DNA from: Lophium mytilinum
Lineage: Eukaryota
Length of the DNA: 64,000 nucleotides
Direction: 5' to 3'
Assembly (NCBI GenBank): GCA_010093605.1
Contig: MU004200.1
Coordinates: 434,001-498,000, forward strand
The notes below the pieces were generated by a model. It did not search any database, was not told the DNA's origin, and saw only the letters and a list, made by a program, of their open reading frames with translations. The translations under genes and the position numbers were made by a program. This document shows, one piece after another, positions 37,066-50,141 of the stretch. Position 1 is the stretch's first letter, and each line of letters opens with the position of its first letter.

Positions 37066-38787
37066 ATGGTGAACCGACGAGCAAGCGATGCAGGACCTGC
37101 TGGTCAGGCCCCAATTGCTCCTGTTGTAAAGAGGAAGAGAAGGGCAAGCTGCCTCGGCGAACAGGAGCGGAGAGAGCGGAAGCGGGCGATAGATGTAACA
37201 TTATCTCAAAGTATCCGTTTTGCACGAAGCTAATTGATTCCCAGAGAGAGGCTCAAAGATCTTTGAGGTATGGGACTCAAGGAATAAGCTACTATAAAAA
37301 GATACTAATCTTGCGTCATCAGAGAAAAAACAAAAACTCACATCGCCGAGCTCGAGCGTACCATCCAGATCCTACGAGACCAGGACAGGAATGGAGCCAC
37401 CGCCTCCCTACTAGGCGAAATCGAACAGCTTCGACAAGAAAACGAACGACTGCGCGACGTCATAGACGGTGTAAAGAGTGTGGTTGGGTGCGAAATCTTC
37501 ACTAGCAAGGCAGTGACACTGCCCGTGTCTCCTGTCAGCGCAAGCGGTACGCTCCTTGCAACTCACAAAGCCATGAGGCATTGACTTTGAACCCCGACTT
37601 ACGATAGGGCCAGCCTCCACCGCCGTCGATCCACCCACGAAGCATGAAGGCGGCCATCTAGACCTCGTCGAAGAGCACGATCATCTCGAGCAGAGCAACT
37701 TCAACTCGATACCCTTCGACCGCGAGGTTTCCAGGAACACTTCCTCCGCCCTCGATGTCGATGGCATGCAAGTTATGGACGACCTCGTCCACGACAGTAC
37801 GAACAGCCTGAATTTCCCCCTCTCCACCGTGGACGAGAACATGCAAGTAGCACCCGAGTCCCCAAACACCGCCGCATTCGCCCATTTCATGCCCGAGATC
37901 TTCGGGCCGTCATGGCGCTGCCCAAGCCCCTTCGTGCTGCACTTTGGCAACCCAGCGCAGCCGGCCACCCCATCCACTGACGAGGGTGCCCTGTGCCCCA
38001 TCTGGAAGAAGAGCAACGAGCTCTTTGGGAAGGTCTTTTCATTCCGGCCGGGTGCTTCGACGCTAGATTCTGATGATGTTGAGGCAGGTCTCCTGTTCGT
38101 TGGAATCAAGCAAGGGTGGGACTCTTTTGCCGAGTGGATGCAGAGTCCAGCGCTCCGAATCCTGAAGGAGGTCGATCAGTTTCTCTTCTCCCATCTACCG
38201 CGGCTAGAGAGGCTGGCGGCGGCGTATAAGAGCTTCAAGTTGCTGAAGGTGAGTGATTCCTAGGTTTTCCATCGATCCTTATCTCTTCGTCAGTTAGCTT
38301 GGGAAACTGACGTCCACAAAGTACTACCTCAACGCCACCAAATCCGAGCTTGACAAAATGCCCGAATGGCTTCGTCCCCGGTAAACCCTAACCCCGTCAC
38401 CTTTCCCCTCCCTACCCATCCACTAACATCTTCCCTAGCCCATCCCAATCACGAACAAAACACCCCATAGCCGTCGACTTCTTCGCTTGGCCCACCCTCC
38501 GCGACCGCCTCGTCTCCACCCACAGCACCCTCTTCCGCAGCGGCGACCTCTCCTACTGCTACAGCCGCTACCTCAAATTCGACTGGCCCTTCTCCTTTGA
38601 CGACACGTTTTTCTTTGACGAGGCCGCGGGTTGTTATTACCCCTCGCCGTTGTTCGAGCGCTACCATCGCGATCTGAGATTCTGGAGGCTGGGAGAGGAG
38701 TTCTTTGAGCGGTTTCCGGAGATGCGCGGGGATGTGGAGGGGGATCGGGGGGTTTATGGGGAGGGGGCTGCGGTGGAGGTGTGTTGA
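37066..38787 (+). CDS. bZIP-like transcription factor with C-terminal DUF3425-type domain
   Basis: Basic region ERRERKRAID|REAQRSLR|EKTKTHIAELE followed by a leucine zipper. The C-terminus has MPEWLRP, HPIAVDFFAWPTLRDRL and FWRLGEEFFERFPE. Several short introns. Confidence 0.85.
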
Positions 38788-40035
38788 GGTAGTGGAGATA
38801 GCGGAGTAAAAAAGAATTACTATTAGTTGCTAGAATCTAATGATGAGTTTTGAGAGGCGTGAATAGTTCCGATCTTGCCTTGGGAACAGGAGAAGTGGTA
38901 AAGTACCGGCTAGGCTTGGGAGAAAGTAATGAGGGTAGACTTCGCCATTCGTTCGGTTCGCGGTTGATATAGGTTCGATGTTATCTCGTCGCCCCAGGCC
39001 TATCATAGAGCCTCCCTCCGCTTGCAATGGTAATTTGATGTACTTACTTGGCTGCAGGTACACATCCTCAGCCAAGCGTGCCACCGCCGCCAAAGCGGTT
39101 ACACATCGGATCCCCGCGAGAACATCTCCCTAACCCTCAATTCCATTAAAAACTAGACTCCTTCTTAGCTTTCAACAATTCGCTTGCTGTGTTTCAGCCT
39201 CGTAGTTCGTTTATTGAACTTCTCCTTGGCTCCCGCATTCGGAGGCATGGCTCTAAATCTCCGGAACAGATATTCAGGGTTAAGTCGAGCTTGGAGACTA
39301 TTCCCAATGCCATGTTATTGAATCTATTGGCCCCCAGATGAGCTCCATTAGTTAAAAATATCCTTACGCTTGGCCGTTGGCGATATTATCGAGGAAGGAA
39401 GAATATGAATCCATACTCAACCAGTTCGAGCGTGACGGGCATCGAACATTCTTCATCTTTGGTTGTGGGGTTTGGTTGTGGCTGTCGGAGCAATGTTGGT
39501 CTAAGGAATGGAAGTGCATCGGGATAGAGGGTGATACAAAGTGTAGGGGTTTTGGGACTTCGATGATGCTGAGAGATAGATGAATAGAGAGTTACGAGTA
39601 GAGAGTAAAGTACTCTTAAAAAAGAAGATAAAGATTTGAAACACAATCGCGCTGACAAGAAGGAGATGATCGGAGAATTAGAAGCTTTGTAGATATATCA
39701 TATTCTATTCTTAGTACTTCTGGAAAATGTTCTGGCGTGTTCTGTTAGGCAGAGTTAGAATATATGAGATGAAGACCCAATTATCGAGGGAAACCCCAAG
39801 TTCTACAAGCTTCTTCATATGGTAAAAAGTATGTAGGAGACAAGTTAAGCAGGAAGACGTGAATCAATTTAGAGTGGAGTACGAAGTAATCCGGTGCGTT
39901 ACTATTGGTGGAGATCTTTCCAGGGGTGCCAAAATGCCAAGACTGGAAATAATAGTTTGCTCGTCATCGCGATTTCGCGACGCGGAACTCAAGTCTTCAT
40001 ACAGTTACGACAATCTATCAGGAGGAGATTCTGGG

Positions 40036-42423
40036 ATGCTCTCAGCCTCCAAGACAATATGCCTGCCATGCAGGCTGAGGCTGCTGGCTTCTGCGAGCCG
40101 CTCCGCTGCGCATCCTCTTCTCCCTAAGACCCATACGCAAACCCGCCCATTACGCTGCTTTGCAGCTGTGGCAAATACTTCTCAACGCAGACGGTTCACT
40201 ACGACCCCTTACCGATCAATTGAGGTGCCCGAAGCCTCTAAAACTACTCCCGACGAAGCCCTACCTTCCCCAGCACCAAGTCCAAGCACAGAAGAATCAG
40301 TACGGGCTGCAAGGCGACTACATGGGGACACTTTGCCTAAAGGATACCTAAGCGAAGAAGAATATGCCGTCTATGAGAGGCTCTATGGTGCTCCTATCTT
40401 TACAGAGGAAGTGGAACTAGTTGAGGATGAGGTTGAATTGGTGGCGGATGAGGTTGAGGGAGAAGAGATCCAAAATCAGGTCTGGCTTAGAGAGCGGGAG
40501 GATGGAGAGCTAGAAGAGGTGGAACTGCATAAAGAAATAGATGAGTTTGCCGAAGAAGCTCTGGAAGAAGGCTCTGAATCCGTAGAAGGCGAATTCGTGG
40601 AGGCCGAAGCCGAATTTGGAGACTCCGCGCCAGAGCTCATAAAAGATTATCATCAGGACATATACGAGAAGACTAGGCTAGCTGAAGCCGAAGCTGATCA
40701 GGATGCTGAGGATCTAGAAGAAGGAGAAGAATTCGTGCGCGCACATCCTTTGACGGTTGCCGGCCGATTTGCTACATCGCCGTCTACTCTCCATCTGCCG
40801 AAGGAAAAGTTCGTCGATCCTACAGCGGCCATTCTGTCTCAAGCGTCACATAAGCATATCACTCAAGCAGCCCTGAAGATATTTGGTGGTCCGGGACTGC
40901 CTCACTCTGCCTCTACAGCTCGTGCGAGCGAGGGCAAGGAGCAGAAAACCATTCCACTGGACCCATCACAGGAGGAGATGAGCAGCGTTCAAAGCAATGC
41001 ATACATGGCTGCAGTTATGCCGGGAGTATACGCGACTTCAATGAGCACAATTGTGGAGGTTCGCCGAAGACTTGGAACAGCTTGGATTGAAGGTCTGATG
41101 AAAAAAGAGTCGGGACCGCTCATCCTAGACGCGGGATCAGGAGGCGCAGCCATCGTTGCCTGGCGAGAGGTGCTGGAAGCCGAGTGGAAACGGATGAACG
41201 AGTCTTCTGGTCAAGTCTCGCAGGAACCGGCCCCGTTAGGCAAAGCTACCGTTCTCACAGCATCTAATGCATTGAAGCTTCGCGCGAGTAGGCTATTGGA
41301 AAACACATCATTCATCCCCCGTCTCCCTGACGCTATTCCCCAGAACTATCAAGCCGTCAAGGGACAACAGAGGAAGGTCTACGACGTCATTATCGCGCCC
41401 CATGCACTTTGGCCGCTACGCCAGGAGTACCATCGGAAAGAGCATGTTCAGAGGCTCTGGTCTCTACTAAATCCCGATGGCGGTGTTCTCATTCTTCTCG
41501 AGAAAGGTCTTCCCCGTGGGTTTGAGATTATCGCTTCGGCTCGATCCCTCCTCTTGGACAAACACATAGCTTCTCCAGATTCAACTGAGTATGAAAACTC
41601 ACTGCAAGATCAATTATCCGAAACAAAGAACGCTCCAAGGTTCATCAAGAAGGAGACGGGCATGATTGTTGCGCCATGTACTAATCATTCTACATGCCCG
41701 ATGTACACAATCCCAGGTGTGAGCCAAGGCAGGAAAGACTTCTGCTATTTCAGTCAGAGATACATTCGGCCTCCTTATCTACAGCGAATCCACAATGCGC
41801 GAGATCGGAATCACGAGGATGTTCAATACAGTTACCTTGCCGTGCAGCGTGGGCGGGATCAACGGAAGCCGAAACACGACATCTTTGGCAAGGGGTTCTT
41901 ACAGGGCGATGAGGCAACGAATACGGCGTTCAAGGGACACGAGTTTGTTCAAAACGGCGAGTCCGGCGGAGAGGAGGCCACAGGCGAACCGGAACTCGAA
42001 ACAAACGTGAACGCCCTCTCGCTCCCTCGCCTAGTTGTGCCAGCTATGAAGCGCCGCGGGCATATCATTCTCGAGGTATGCACCCCATCAGCGAAAATCG
42101 AACGATGGACCGTCCCCCGCAGCTTCTCCAAGCAAGCCTTCCGTGACGCGCGCAAGGCTCGATGGGGCGATCTCTGGGCTCTGGGCGCTAAGACACGGAT
42201 TGCAAAAACCATTAGGATGGGATTACCGCGGAACGAACAACACAAGAGACCAAAAAGAAAGATGAGGAGCCAGACAATCGAGATTGGTGTCAATCCATCC
42301 GGCAACGTGATCCCAGATGGTATGAAGCTAAAGAAGGATGGCAGGTTGGTAAAAGATCGAAAGAATTCGAAGACAGGAAGGAAGGGAAGGAAGATGGGGG
42401 AAGCGGATTTTTACGCGGACTAA
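40036..42423 (+). CDS. RSM22: Mitochondrial small ribosomal subunit assembly methyltransferase-like protein Rsm22
   Basis: Arg-rich targeting peptide and motifs ILDAGSGGA, GGVLILLEKG, APCTNHSTCPM, FCYFSQRYIRP, RGHIILEVCT, ERWTVPRSFSKQAFRDARKARWGDLW. Confidence 0.92.
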   Translation: MLSASKTICLPCRLRLLASASRSAAHPLLPKTHTQTRPLRCFAAVANTSQRRRFTTTPYRSIEVPEASKTTPDEALPSPAPSPSTEESVRAARRLHGDTLPKGYLSEEEYAVYERLYGAPIFTEEVELVEDEVELVADEVEGEEIQNQVWLREREDGELEEVELHKEIDEFAEEALEEGSESVEGEFVEAEAEFGDSAPELIKDYHQDIYEKTRLAEAEADQDAEDLEEGEEFVRAHPLTVAGRFATSPSTLHLPKEKFVDPTAAILSQASHKHITQAALKIFGGPGLPHSASTARASEGKEQKTIPLDPSQEEMSSVQSNAYMAAVMPGVYATSMSTIVEVRRRLGTAWIEGLMKKESGPLILDAGSGGAAIVAWREVLEAEWKRMNESSGQVSQEPAPLGKATVLTASNALKLRASRLLENTSFIPRLPDAIPQNYQAVKGQQRKVYDVIIAPHALWPLRQEYHRKEHVQRLWSLLNPDGGVLILLEKGLPRGFEIIASARSLLLDKHIASPDSTEYENSLQDQLSETKNAPRFIKKETGMIVAPCTNHSTCPMYTIPGVSQGRKDFCYFSQRYIRPPYLQRIHNARDRNHEDVQYSYLAVQRGRDQRKPKHDIFGKGFLQGDEATNTAFKGHEFVQNGESGGEEATGEPELETNVNALSLPRLVVPAMKRRGHIILEVCTPSAKIERWTVPRSFSKQAFRDARKARWGDLWALGAKTRIAKTIRMGLPRNEQHKRPKRKMRSQTIEIGVNPSGNVIPDGMKLKKDGRLVKDRKNSKTGRKGRKMGEADFYAD

Positions 42424-42941
42424 GATAAGACGGTAAGAATTGTAAATGTAGGTTCAGTGTATACGATATTGTACTAGAAAAGGCATATGGGTCCGGATGA
42501 AAAGGCGTTCTGGACTAGAGAGTCCGGGGCCAGGATCTAAACAAAGATGCGAGATCTCCACCCAATGGGGAAATAGACGAAAGTACGCCTCTGTATACAA
42601 CAACCTTTCAGCTCATGAATCCATCGAAACGTCCCAAACATGATACCTATGTTGACCGCCAATAGTGGAGCTAGCTTCAATGTCTTCAGAGGATCTGGAG
42701 CAGCCAGGTCACACGTCCACTCTGTGAACTACTGTTTACCACCGCCTGAGGTGGCCTGTCAAGGTGTCAGGCGTACCAAATGATACGGTCGTGATTACCG
42801 AGAGTATATGGAGGATCTTCTGACAGTGCCAGGCAAGTGCAATCCTAGGATAATACGTACATGCAAAAGAGCTATGGACACCCTCCTCTCGCCCAGTCTC
42901 CTACACCCTCTTTATCCTCATATTCTTCTCTTACGTCCACA

Positions 42942-43987
42942 ATGGCGCGTATCCGCCTACGCTCTCGCATCCATAGCATCTTCAATTTCCTCCTCAGTTT
43001 ATTGTTGTGTACCGGTTCATCCACCGGCCTCCATACGCTCCCGCTACTTCTTCTCCCACCTCTCGTCGCTTCAACCACCTCACCCGACTTTCTCAACTGG
43101 CATTCACCACAGCCAGGGGACCTCCGAGGCCCTTGTCCAGGCCTCAACGCCCTCGCAAATCATGCCCTCATCCCACGCAACGGTCGGAACCTCTCTATCC
43201 CCCTCCTCGTCGACACTCTCGGCTCTATCTTCAACTTAAGCCCCGAACTCGCCCGCATCGTCTCACTCGGCGGCGTAGCACTTGGCCCTGGCAATGGCAC
43301 CTTCTCCCTCTTAGACTTGAACAAGCACAATGGGATCGAGCACGACGGGTCACTCTCACGGGCAGACTATAACCTCGGAGGCGACAATTTCTCCTTCAAC
43401 CCGGCCATCTTTGCGTCATACATGCGGTGGTTTGAGGGTTCGGAGACTGTCAGTCTCAACGCGGCGGCGGCGGCGAGGCTGAGCAGGGTACAGACGGAGA
43501 GGTTCAGGAATGGGGCATTTGTGTATGGCCCCAGTCAGCAGTTCAGCTCGTACCTTGAGTCTGCAATTTTAAGGCTCACGATGGTCGATCCGGCGGACGG
43601 GGGTACGAAGGTGGAGTTTTTGAGGACACTTTTTGGTATGTTTCATTATCTTGGGCTTCGCTGAAGAAGAGGTACTAATGGGGTTGGGTAGAGGAAGAAA
43701 GGTTGCCGTTTAAAGAAGGCTGGCGTCCGCCAAAGGCACAGATCAATGGCGCGAGTCTGGCGAATACGATACTGCAGCTTGCACTCGCCACACCGGCCCA
43801 GAATGTGCCATGGGACTTGACGGACTTGTATGTGGCTGGTCTAGGGCGAAGGGGGCCGGAGGGGGGATCGAATCGTGATAGTAGAGCGCAGTAAGTTTTG
43901 TGTCTGTTACTGGTTCAAGGCGCTAACGAAATTGATAGTCAATATTTCCTTTCGTGGCACCTACCTGGGGCGGACCTCTTCGTATAG
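42942..43987 (+). CDS. Heme-thiolate peroxidase (chloroperoxidase/short unspecific peroxygenase family)
   Basis: DLRGPCPGLNALANH (proximal Cys), IEHDGSLSR and EERLPFKEGW. Intron at 43636-43691 and a probable intron at 43891-43938; without the second intron the stop is at 43894. Confidence 0.9.
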
Positions 43988-44185
43988 AAGCCCACACTCA
44001 CGCCCTAACATGAGCCTCTAAGAGTCCCTCATTCTCATGTCTACTTCCTTGCCGCTATAAGAGGTGCCTCAACCGACTTACAGGAGTAATCAGGATCAAG
44101 AAGATTTGATTATTCAGTAAGCTGGCTGAGCCACCTCGCACTGCGCTTGCTTCAAGATTTTCTAGTTTTGACTCAATATAAATAA

Positions 44186-45545
44186 TCATACCATATTTCT
44201 TGTCGCAATCCGCGGCATCTCAAATGCTTTCCCGCCTCCATTCTCTAGTATATTCTCCGTGCTCTCCGTATCACTACTCGCCGCCCTCGGCATCCTACCG
44301 CCTCCACTCTTCACCCCCGGCGTCATCGGAAATCTCCCCGATGCGCTCACACTCGCACCGCCCTTCCCCTCCGTTCCTTTTCCTCTCCTTCCTCCCCCAG
44401 CACTGCTACTCCCGCCCTCCGAGCCCCCATTCTCATTTGACCGTATATACCCCTGCCTCCGACTGCTATTACTACTACTCCGCCGCTGCCGTTCCGACCG
44501 TGAGCAATAACACAGCAGCGGCTTCAAGGGGGCAGCGAGCAGCAGATTATCGCGACCTGGATCTCGACCACGAACCATATGCCCCTGGGACGGCGTCGAA
44601 GGAGGGGTCCTTCCTGGTCGTGAAGACGTCGATGGATTGAAGGCGAATCATGCCCGCAACGCAGCTGAAAGCGCCCATGCTGAAGATGAGGACGAGACCG
44701 GCTTTTTCGCGCTTAGGGCGGTGGACGTAGAGGAGGGTGCGGCTGGGGAGGATGGTGATCTATATGTCGGTGGCTATGTTGAAGCTGGCGGTTACTGGAT
44801 AGGGCCCAGTTAGGAAGGGGACGGGAGATGGATGGGAGACGGACGAGAGAGGGAGGAGAAACGAATGGAAAAGCTTGAAAGACATACTGTAGAAGAAGAT
44901 GGTGCGGTTTATGCAGGTCCCTTTGACTTGGCCGGTGATGTCCCAGGCTTTGCGAATGGGCTGGCATTGGGCGAGGACGATAATGATGCACATAATAGTG
45001 TAGGTTGTCAAGAAGTAGATTATCCACAGGCAGGCTCTGCGCAAGAACTGATGTGTGGCTTGTGGGTTCCATCAGACATATTCTTGCAGAGAAGGCGCAA
45101 AAGCTTACTAAACCGCAGATAGAGAAATAGAATCGAGAGTTTCCCCATGAATACAGTAACGTAGTAGGTAACCTCAATGGCCAGAGTGTCCTTGAGAATA
45201 GCAATCATGTCGGCTGGTTCAAGGGAGATAGACACTTTGCCCATGCCGTGCTTCCGGGCTATTATGGTTTCCACGAGAAGTCCTATACTGCCTATCCAAG
45301 CTACGGCCATGATCCAATCATCTATGCCGACATTGCAGACGATGATTTGGCGAGAGATCATTCGCGCGATTAGTATCATGGCTGTGATATATTAGTCAAA
45401 AGTCCATGCAATGCCTATGGGCTTCAATCGTTCAAGGGAAGCTGAATGCAGAAACCTAGTGCTCACAGCCCAATATAGTCATAACCACCGGTATAACCAG
45501 AAGCTCTACCCGCGTATGAGCAACCTCCGACTGATGATGCCCCAT
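44186..45545 (-). CDS. PTH11-like (fungal rhodopsin-domain) integral membrane protein without CFEM
   Basis: Motifs GIDDWIM, HGMG, KLSILFLYLR, QCQPIRKAWD, FNIATDI and IFSMGAFSCVAGMIRL, with a Ser/Gly-rich C-terminal tail. Several introns. Confidence 0.88.
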
Positions 45546-48500
45546 CTTTTCGTCAAGGCTTCACCAGAATCCCCAGATCCAAACTATCGGAATATCCAAC
45601 ACACGTGGAGCCTCCAGCACGAGTGAGAAAAGGACCGAGGACGAAATAATAACGATCCCCCGGAAAGCGCCCAGCAGCGCTTGCTTCCTTAAAAAGAAAC
45701 TCCACGAGCCATAACGCCCAAGATGCACCACTTCAAGAGAGTAATTGAATTCGCCCGGTGTCTCGGATCGAGAACTATAGGGTGTGCTACTGTATTATCA
45801 TCAATCTGTTAACGCTCCGAACCCTGAACGCTGAGCGGACCATATAGCCGTTGTGGCGGCTGTCCCCGCGTGGAGGATGATAGACTGGGGGATGGTCCGA
45901 TCCGAACCATTCGCGGTGGTGCTGTTCGATTGCTTCCCAGACTGACTTGCTTCAGATCGAGTCAGGCACGGACGATGGCCTGGAATGGCCATGTGGCGAC
46001 GAGCTCTAGCGAATGCAGCCCTAGGCTTCGATCTGGGGTACCGCGTCGCTGGGATGCCCTGGCGATCAAGTTAGATTATTCTCATGCTTGTAGGGACCGG
46101 TATTGCACCGTTGTAGAGACAGGCTTTACAGCGCGAGGAGGCTTTCGCGGTTCCTTGTGAGCATCTGTGGAACATTCCATTGCATGTACGACATGTTACG
46201 GGTTCCGAAAGGGTAGAAGTGCTGCCGTCTCTGGTGCTGCAAGGTATCGATCAAGCGATGTGCCGTTTACTACAAATGAATAATCTAGACGGCTCGTTAA
46301 AGTTGAATAGTACAACGCGATAGCTATCCATACACCACTAAGCCATAAGTATGGGCACCCCTTGCACCCGCTTGGTGTACACCGATAAGCCTTTGAAACT
46401 TTTGATCGGACGCGAAGGCCAAGGTAGTGGAGATTGGGCTACCTTTTGACCATGCTATCGCCTGCTGCCTAAAGCACTCTTTACAGTGGTATCCATCGAG
46501 CAAGAATAGAGCCGGAACAGTGAGACATCCACGTGCTCAAACTCATGCCCTGGCAATGTAGTACACAGACGCACCACAGCAAGAATTGATGCGCAGGCTG
46601 TTCAACATCAGGCTTTGGAGCCGATCCTCCAATTCTATTCCCGGCATGGTATGAGCGCATACAGTGATAACAGAGCCAAACTAGAGAACCCTAGGTCATC
46701 AGTTGTGGTTTGAACAACGAACCGTAATCAGTGTAATAACGCGGTAGTATGACGTTTCAGAGATTTCGCCGCGTTTTCCTGTGTCCATGCTATCTTGAGT
46801 CTTGAACTAACGAAATGGTTTTCAAAAATGAGAAAAGCTTTCTAGCTACATGACTGCAAATAAATGACGTAAACAGTGCTGAAACGGAACCGATGTGGCT
46901 ACCTACTTCACTATTTGGGTGATGTACTACCTATTGAAGGGAAATGAGAACGCCATTGCACAGATTAAGCGAACAAAGCTCACCGACCTACTCACACCAA
47001 GCGCTACTGAGTATCTCTGACTAGAGACTGTCTTTTTCCGTGAAATACATCAACATCCAGCGCGAACGACGCTTGATGTGCGCCCAGAGACTTTCGTCTC
47101 AGTGTCGATTAAGAATTCACCCCGTCTTGGACCGCCACACATATCCGTCCCATCAGATACCAGACAGACAAACAAACCTCACACTTGGACCTCTCATCTG
47201 TTGAAAATCGGGTGGTTGGGCTCAGCGCTAGCCCGCCCCCCCTTATTAGCCCCCTCCCCGCCTTCTCCCTTTGCTCATACATACAGCCTACGTACATCGT
47301 ACAATACAACAATTAATGCATTCATTCAAGCTTCCTCTTCTCTATCTCAACATCGTCACCGAGTCGGTTTCTCTTTTACCGCTCATTGAACCACACTAGA
47401 GTCTTTTGAAATTGCGAGGAGTAGCTAATCGGTACCTTTGGGGGCTGTAATCTACATGGTTGACCGTGCTTGCCTTTTTTCGATAGTACGTTATGGAGCC
47501 GTTCCTACTGGGGATGAAATCCAGAGCTGGGTTGAATACGTTATCAGAGGGTAAATTTGCACAAATGGAACAAAGGCTGTGACGTCCTTCAGATCACCTG
47601 AAATATGCGTGAAGTTTCCATGTAAGAGATGACATGGCTTCGTCAGGCGACGTGCCAAGACAGTTTTGATGCCTATCTGTGCAGATTGTCAGGTGATACA
47701 AGGCACAAAATCGGGATGTTGAATGCGTCTAGTTGTGCACGCAAGTACCACGTGAATACGTGCCTCTAAGTCTGGTACGCTAAAGCTAAGTTTCGCGCTT
47801 AATTGAACCTCACACCGCCAGGAAGCTGGTACTTTTCGGACATCCCTCTTTTCGAAGCGGAATAAGCATGCTTAGAATATTTTGACGGCTAAGAGGCTGC
47901 TCTCCGATATCGGCAAGCACTCGAGATAGCGCCCGCAGCTAGTATGGGCCGGGCCGCAAGTGACCCTTCAAGTCTCAACTTAATCCGGACGAGCTATCAG
48001 GCTGACCACGCTGCCACAGGAGAAGCAGTTGTAGCATCTAGCAGACACATAAATCGGTTCGGGCCTATATTCTATAGCGCCTCGATGCTTAAGGTTAGGG
48101 AGATCCAGCTGGCGCATTGAGGGTCAGCCTTCTCATTTGTCCAATTATAGGATCCCTACGCCCCGCCAGCACACGCACCGCCGCGTTGTTGCCTGAATGC
48201 CTGAATGCATGAATGCCCAAGAAGTTCACGTTTTCAATCCTCCAACGATGCGTGATGTGTGGTATGGAGTAAATTGCAGCAGATCGGACATCATTAGTGG
48301 TTGCTGTGTATGGTCAACAAAACTTTAGGCCCGCGGAATCCATGGGTGGAGTGTGAACAAAGGGTGCCGAAGAGTTTTGGCGGGGCGTAAAGTTGGGGCG
48401 GACGAGCGAATGCCCTGGTCCTTTTCTAACTCACAGGTGGATGCGGCTGCTGACAAGTACGTAGATTCAATGACGTCGGGCCACCTTTTGGCCAACATCG

Positions 48501-50141
48501 ACTGGAAACAACCCCTGCTACCGCCCTCGAGGGCGCCGCCCCCCTGTTTGATGCTAGAACACGTCCACCGTGCTGCCAGCAACTCTCCTTCCTGCCAATC
48601 ATAAGAACAAGCTTAGATCGCAATGGGCCAGCTGACGTTCAGGAATCCGGGTTCACTCAGCACAACACCTGGCGCACGCCCCTTGCTACCAATCGCAGGC
48701 CTCCGAGCGCGTCGCAAACGATTCTCTCCCAATGCTTTAATCGCCGTAGCTCAGTGTCTCATTGCCTTTAGAGCTATCTGGAATAGTACGTATTAAAGAT
48801 ATCAGATCTTGGCGACGCGTTTGTCAAGAACTTGGCCATTTGCATGTCGTGTAGACACGGAATGCGCCCTCAGAACATTGCCTGGAAAGTGTTGCTGAAG
48901 CATGGCGACAGCTGGCGCATCTACGACCTAAGTTTTGATCAAATCAGAGATTCGAGCAGGCCATGAAGTATGTTCCCCGACGCTCGCCGCTGGATCCTCC
49001 AATCAAATAAGTAGATAGCTTGTCACCACCAATCGCCACGCCGGTGAATCGTTTCTACGTTTCCCCGCCCTCAGTCTCTGCGTGCACCTTTCTTCTCTAG
49101 CCGGCATCGAGCACCTTTCCGCGGTGCACACCACACCAAGCCATCCCTCTCGTCCTCTATCCTCTACGGGATATTTCTTTCCAGCTTCATTTGGAGAGTG
49201 GTGCACTAAGCTGTCACTGCTGTGCCGAACTGTGGTGCTGCACCACTCACCACTCACCACACATGTGGCCGACGTCTGCTCCTCTCTTTCTGCCCACCAC
49301 TGTCTCGACCTCCGCCTTCTAGCAAACGGTCACTCCATCACCCTGCTAGGCTTGGGCGAGGTTTCCCTGAGTGACCTTCATCGTCGAGGTATCTTCATCA
49401 TCCATCTTTCCCCACCGCCTTGCAAGCCTTCTCCACCGCCTTCACATCAACCTCGTGAGCTGATCAATCCTGTGCGATTCTTCAGATCTTGCTCATTCTT
49501 TTTAGAACAGACTCGACGTTGCAAGACACCTAAATCAACCTCACCAGTTACCACCGATCCTCTACTGGACCCACTGCTGCTGCGTGTTCCGTTGCTTCTC
49601 CGCTATTCCCTCCACCTCCACCTCGATCTTGTGGCAGGCTGTAGTCTCTTTGAAGGGCTCCGTGCTCTCTCTTGGGTTATTTGGGTCGTATGAAGCTGCA
49701 TTTGCGACGCCTTCATGTGGTCTTGACTTCAAAATCCGCCCCGCGAGCCCGCTAGTCTTGACGGCGTCTGTGCGACCGCAGCCTATACCCATACCTTTGT
49801 ACCCCTGCCGATACTCCGCATAAATTGGTGTCGAATAGGGCTATAGCTAGAATACCTGATGGGACGGGTGTGCTTTCTCCAGCATTACTCCCGAATCGTC
49901 GCTCTGAGGGCGGCCGATACCATCTAGAAAGCGTAGTACCAGCGACGTTACACTAGATCACATTGAACGTACGCGCGCCTACCTCGCTCTCGCATCCATT
50001 TTCTACCCTAGCTACCACACTACAGTATTCATACCGTTAAGGTTCTGACTAAGTCAGACTTCGAACGTCCCTACCGTAAGCTTGAAATCGCTGGGTACGG
50101 CCGCCCTCCCCTCTTGGTCAGTGCACGATTCTTCCCCAAAG

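Noticed and set aside
38830..39860. Possible small minus-strand gene with an intron near 39325-39368
   Set aside because: It gives only a short featureless peptide and cannot be supported.
39859..40035. Upstream extension of the RSM22 ORF
   Set aside because: It begins at a non-ATG codon, and ATG 40036 gives a typical mitochondrial presequence.
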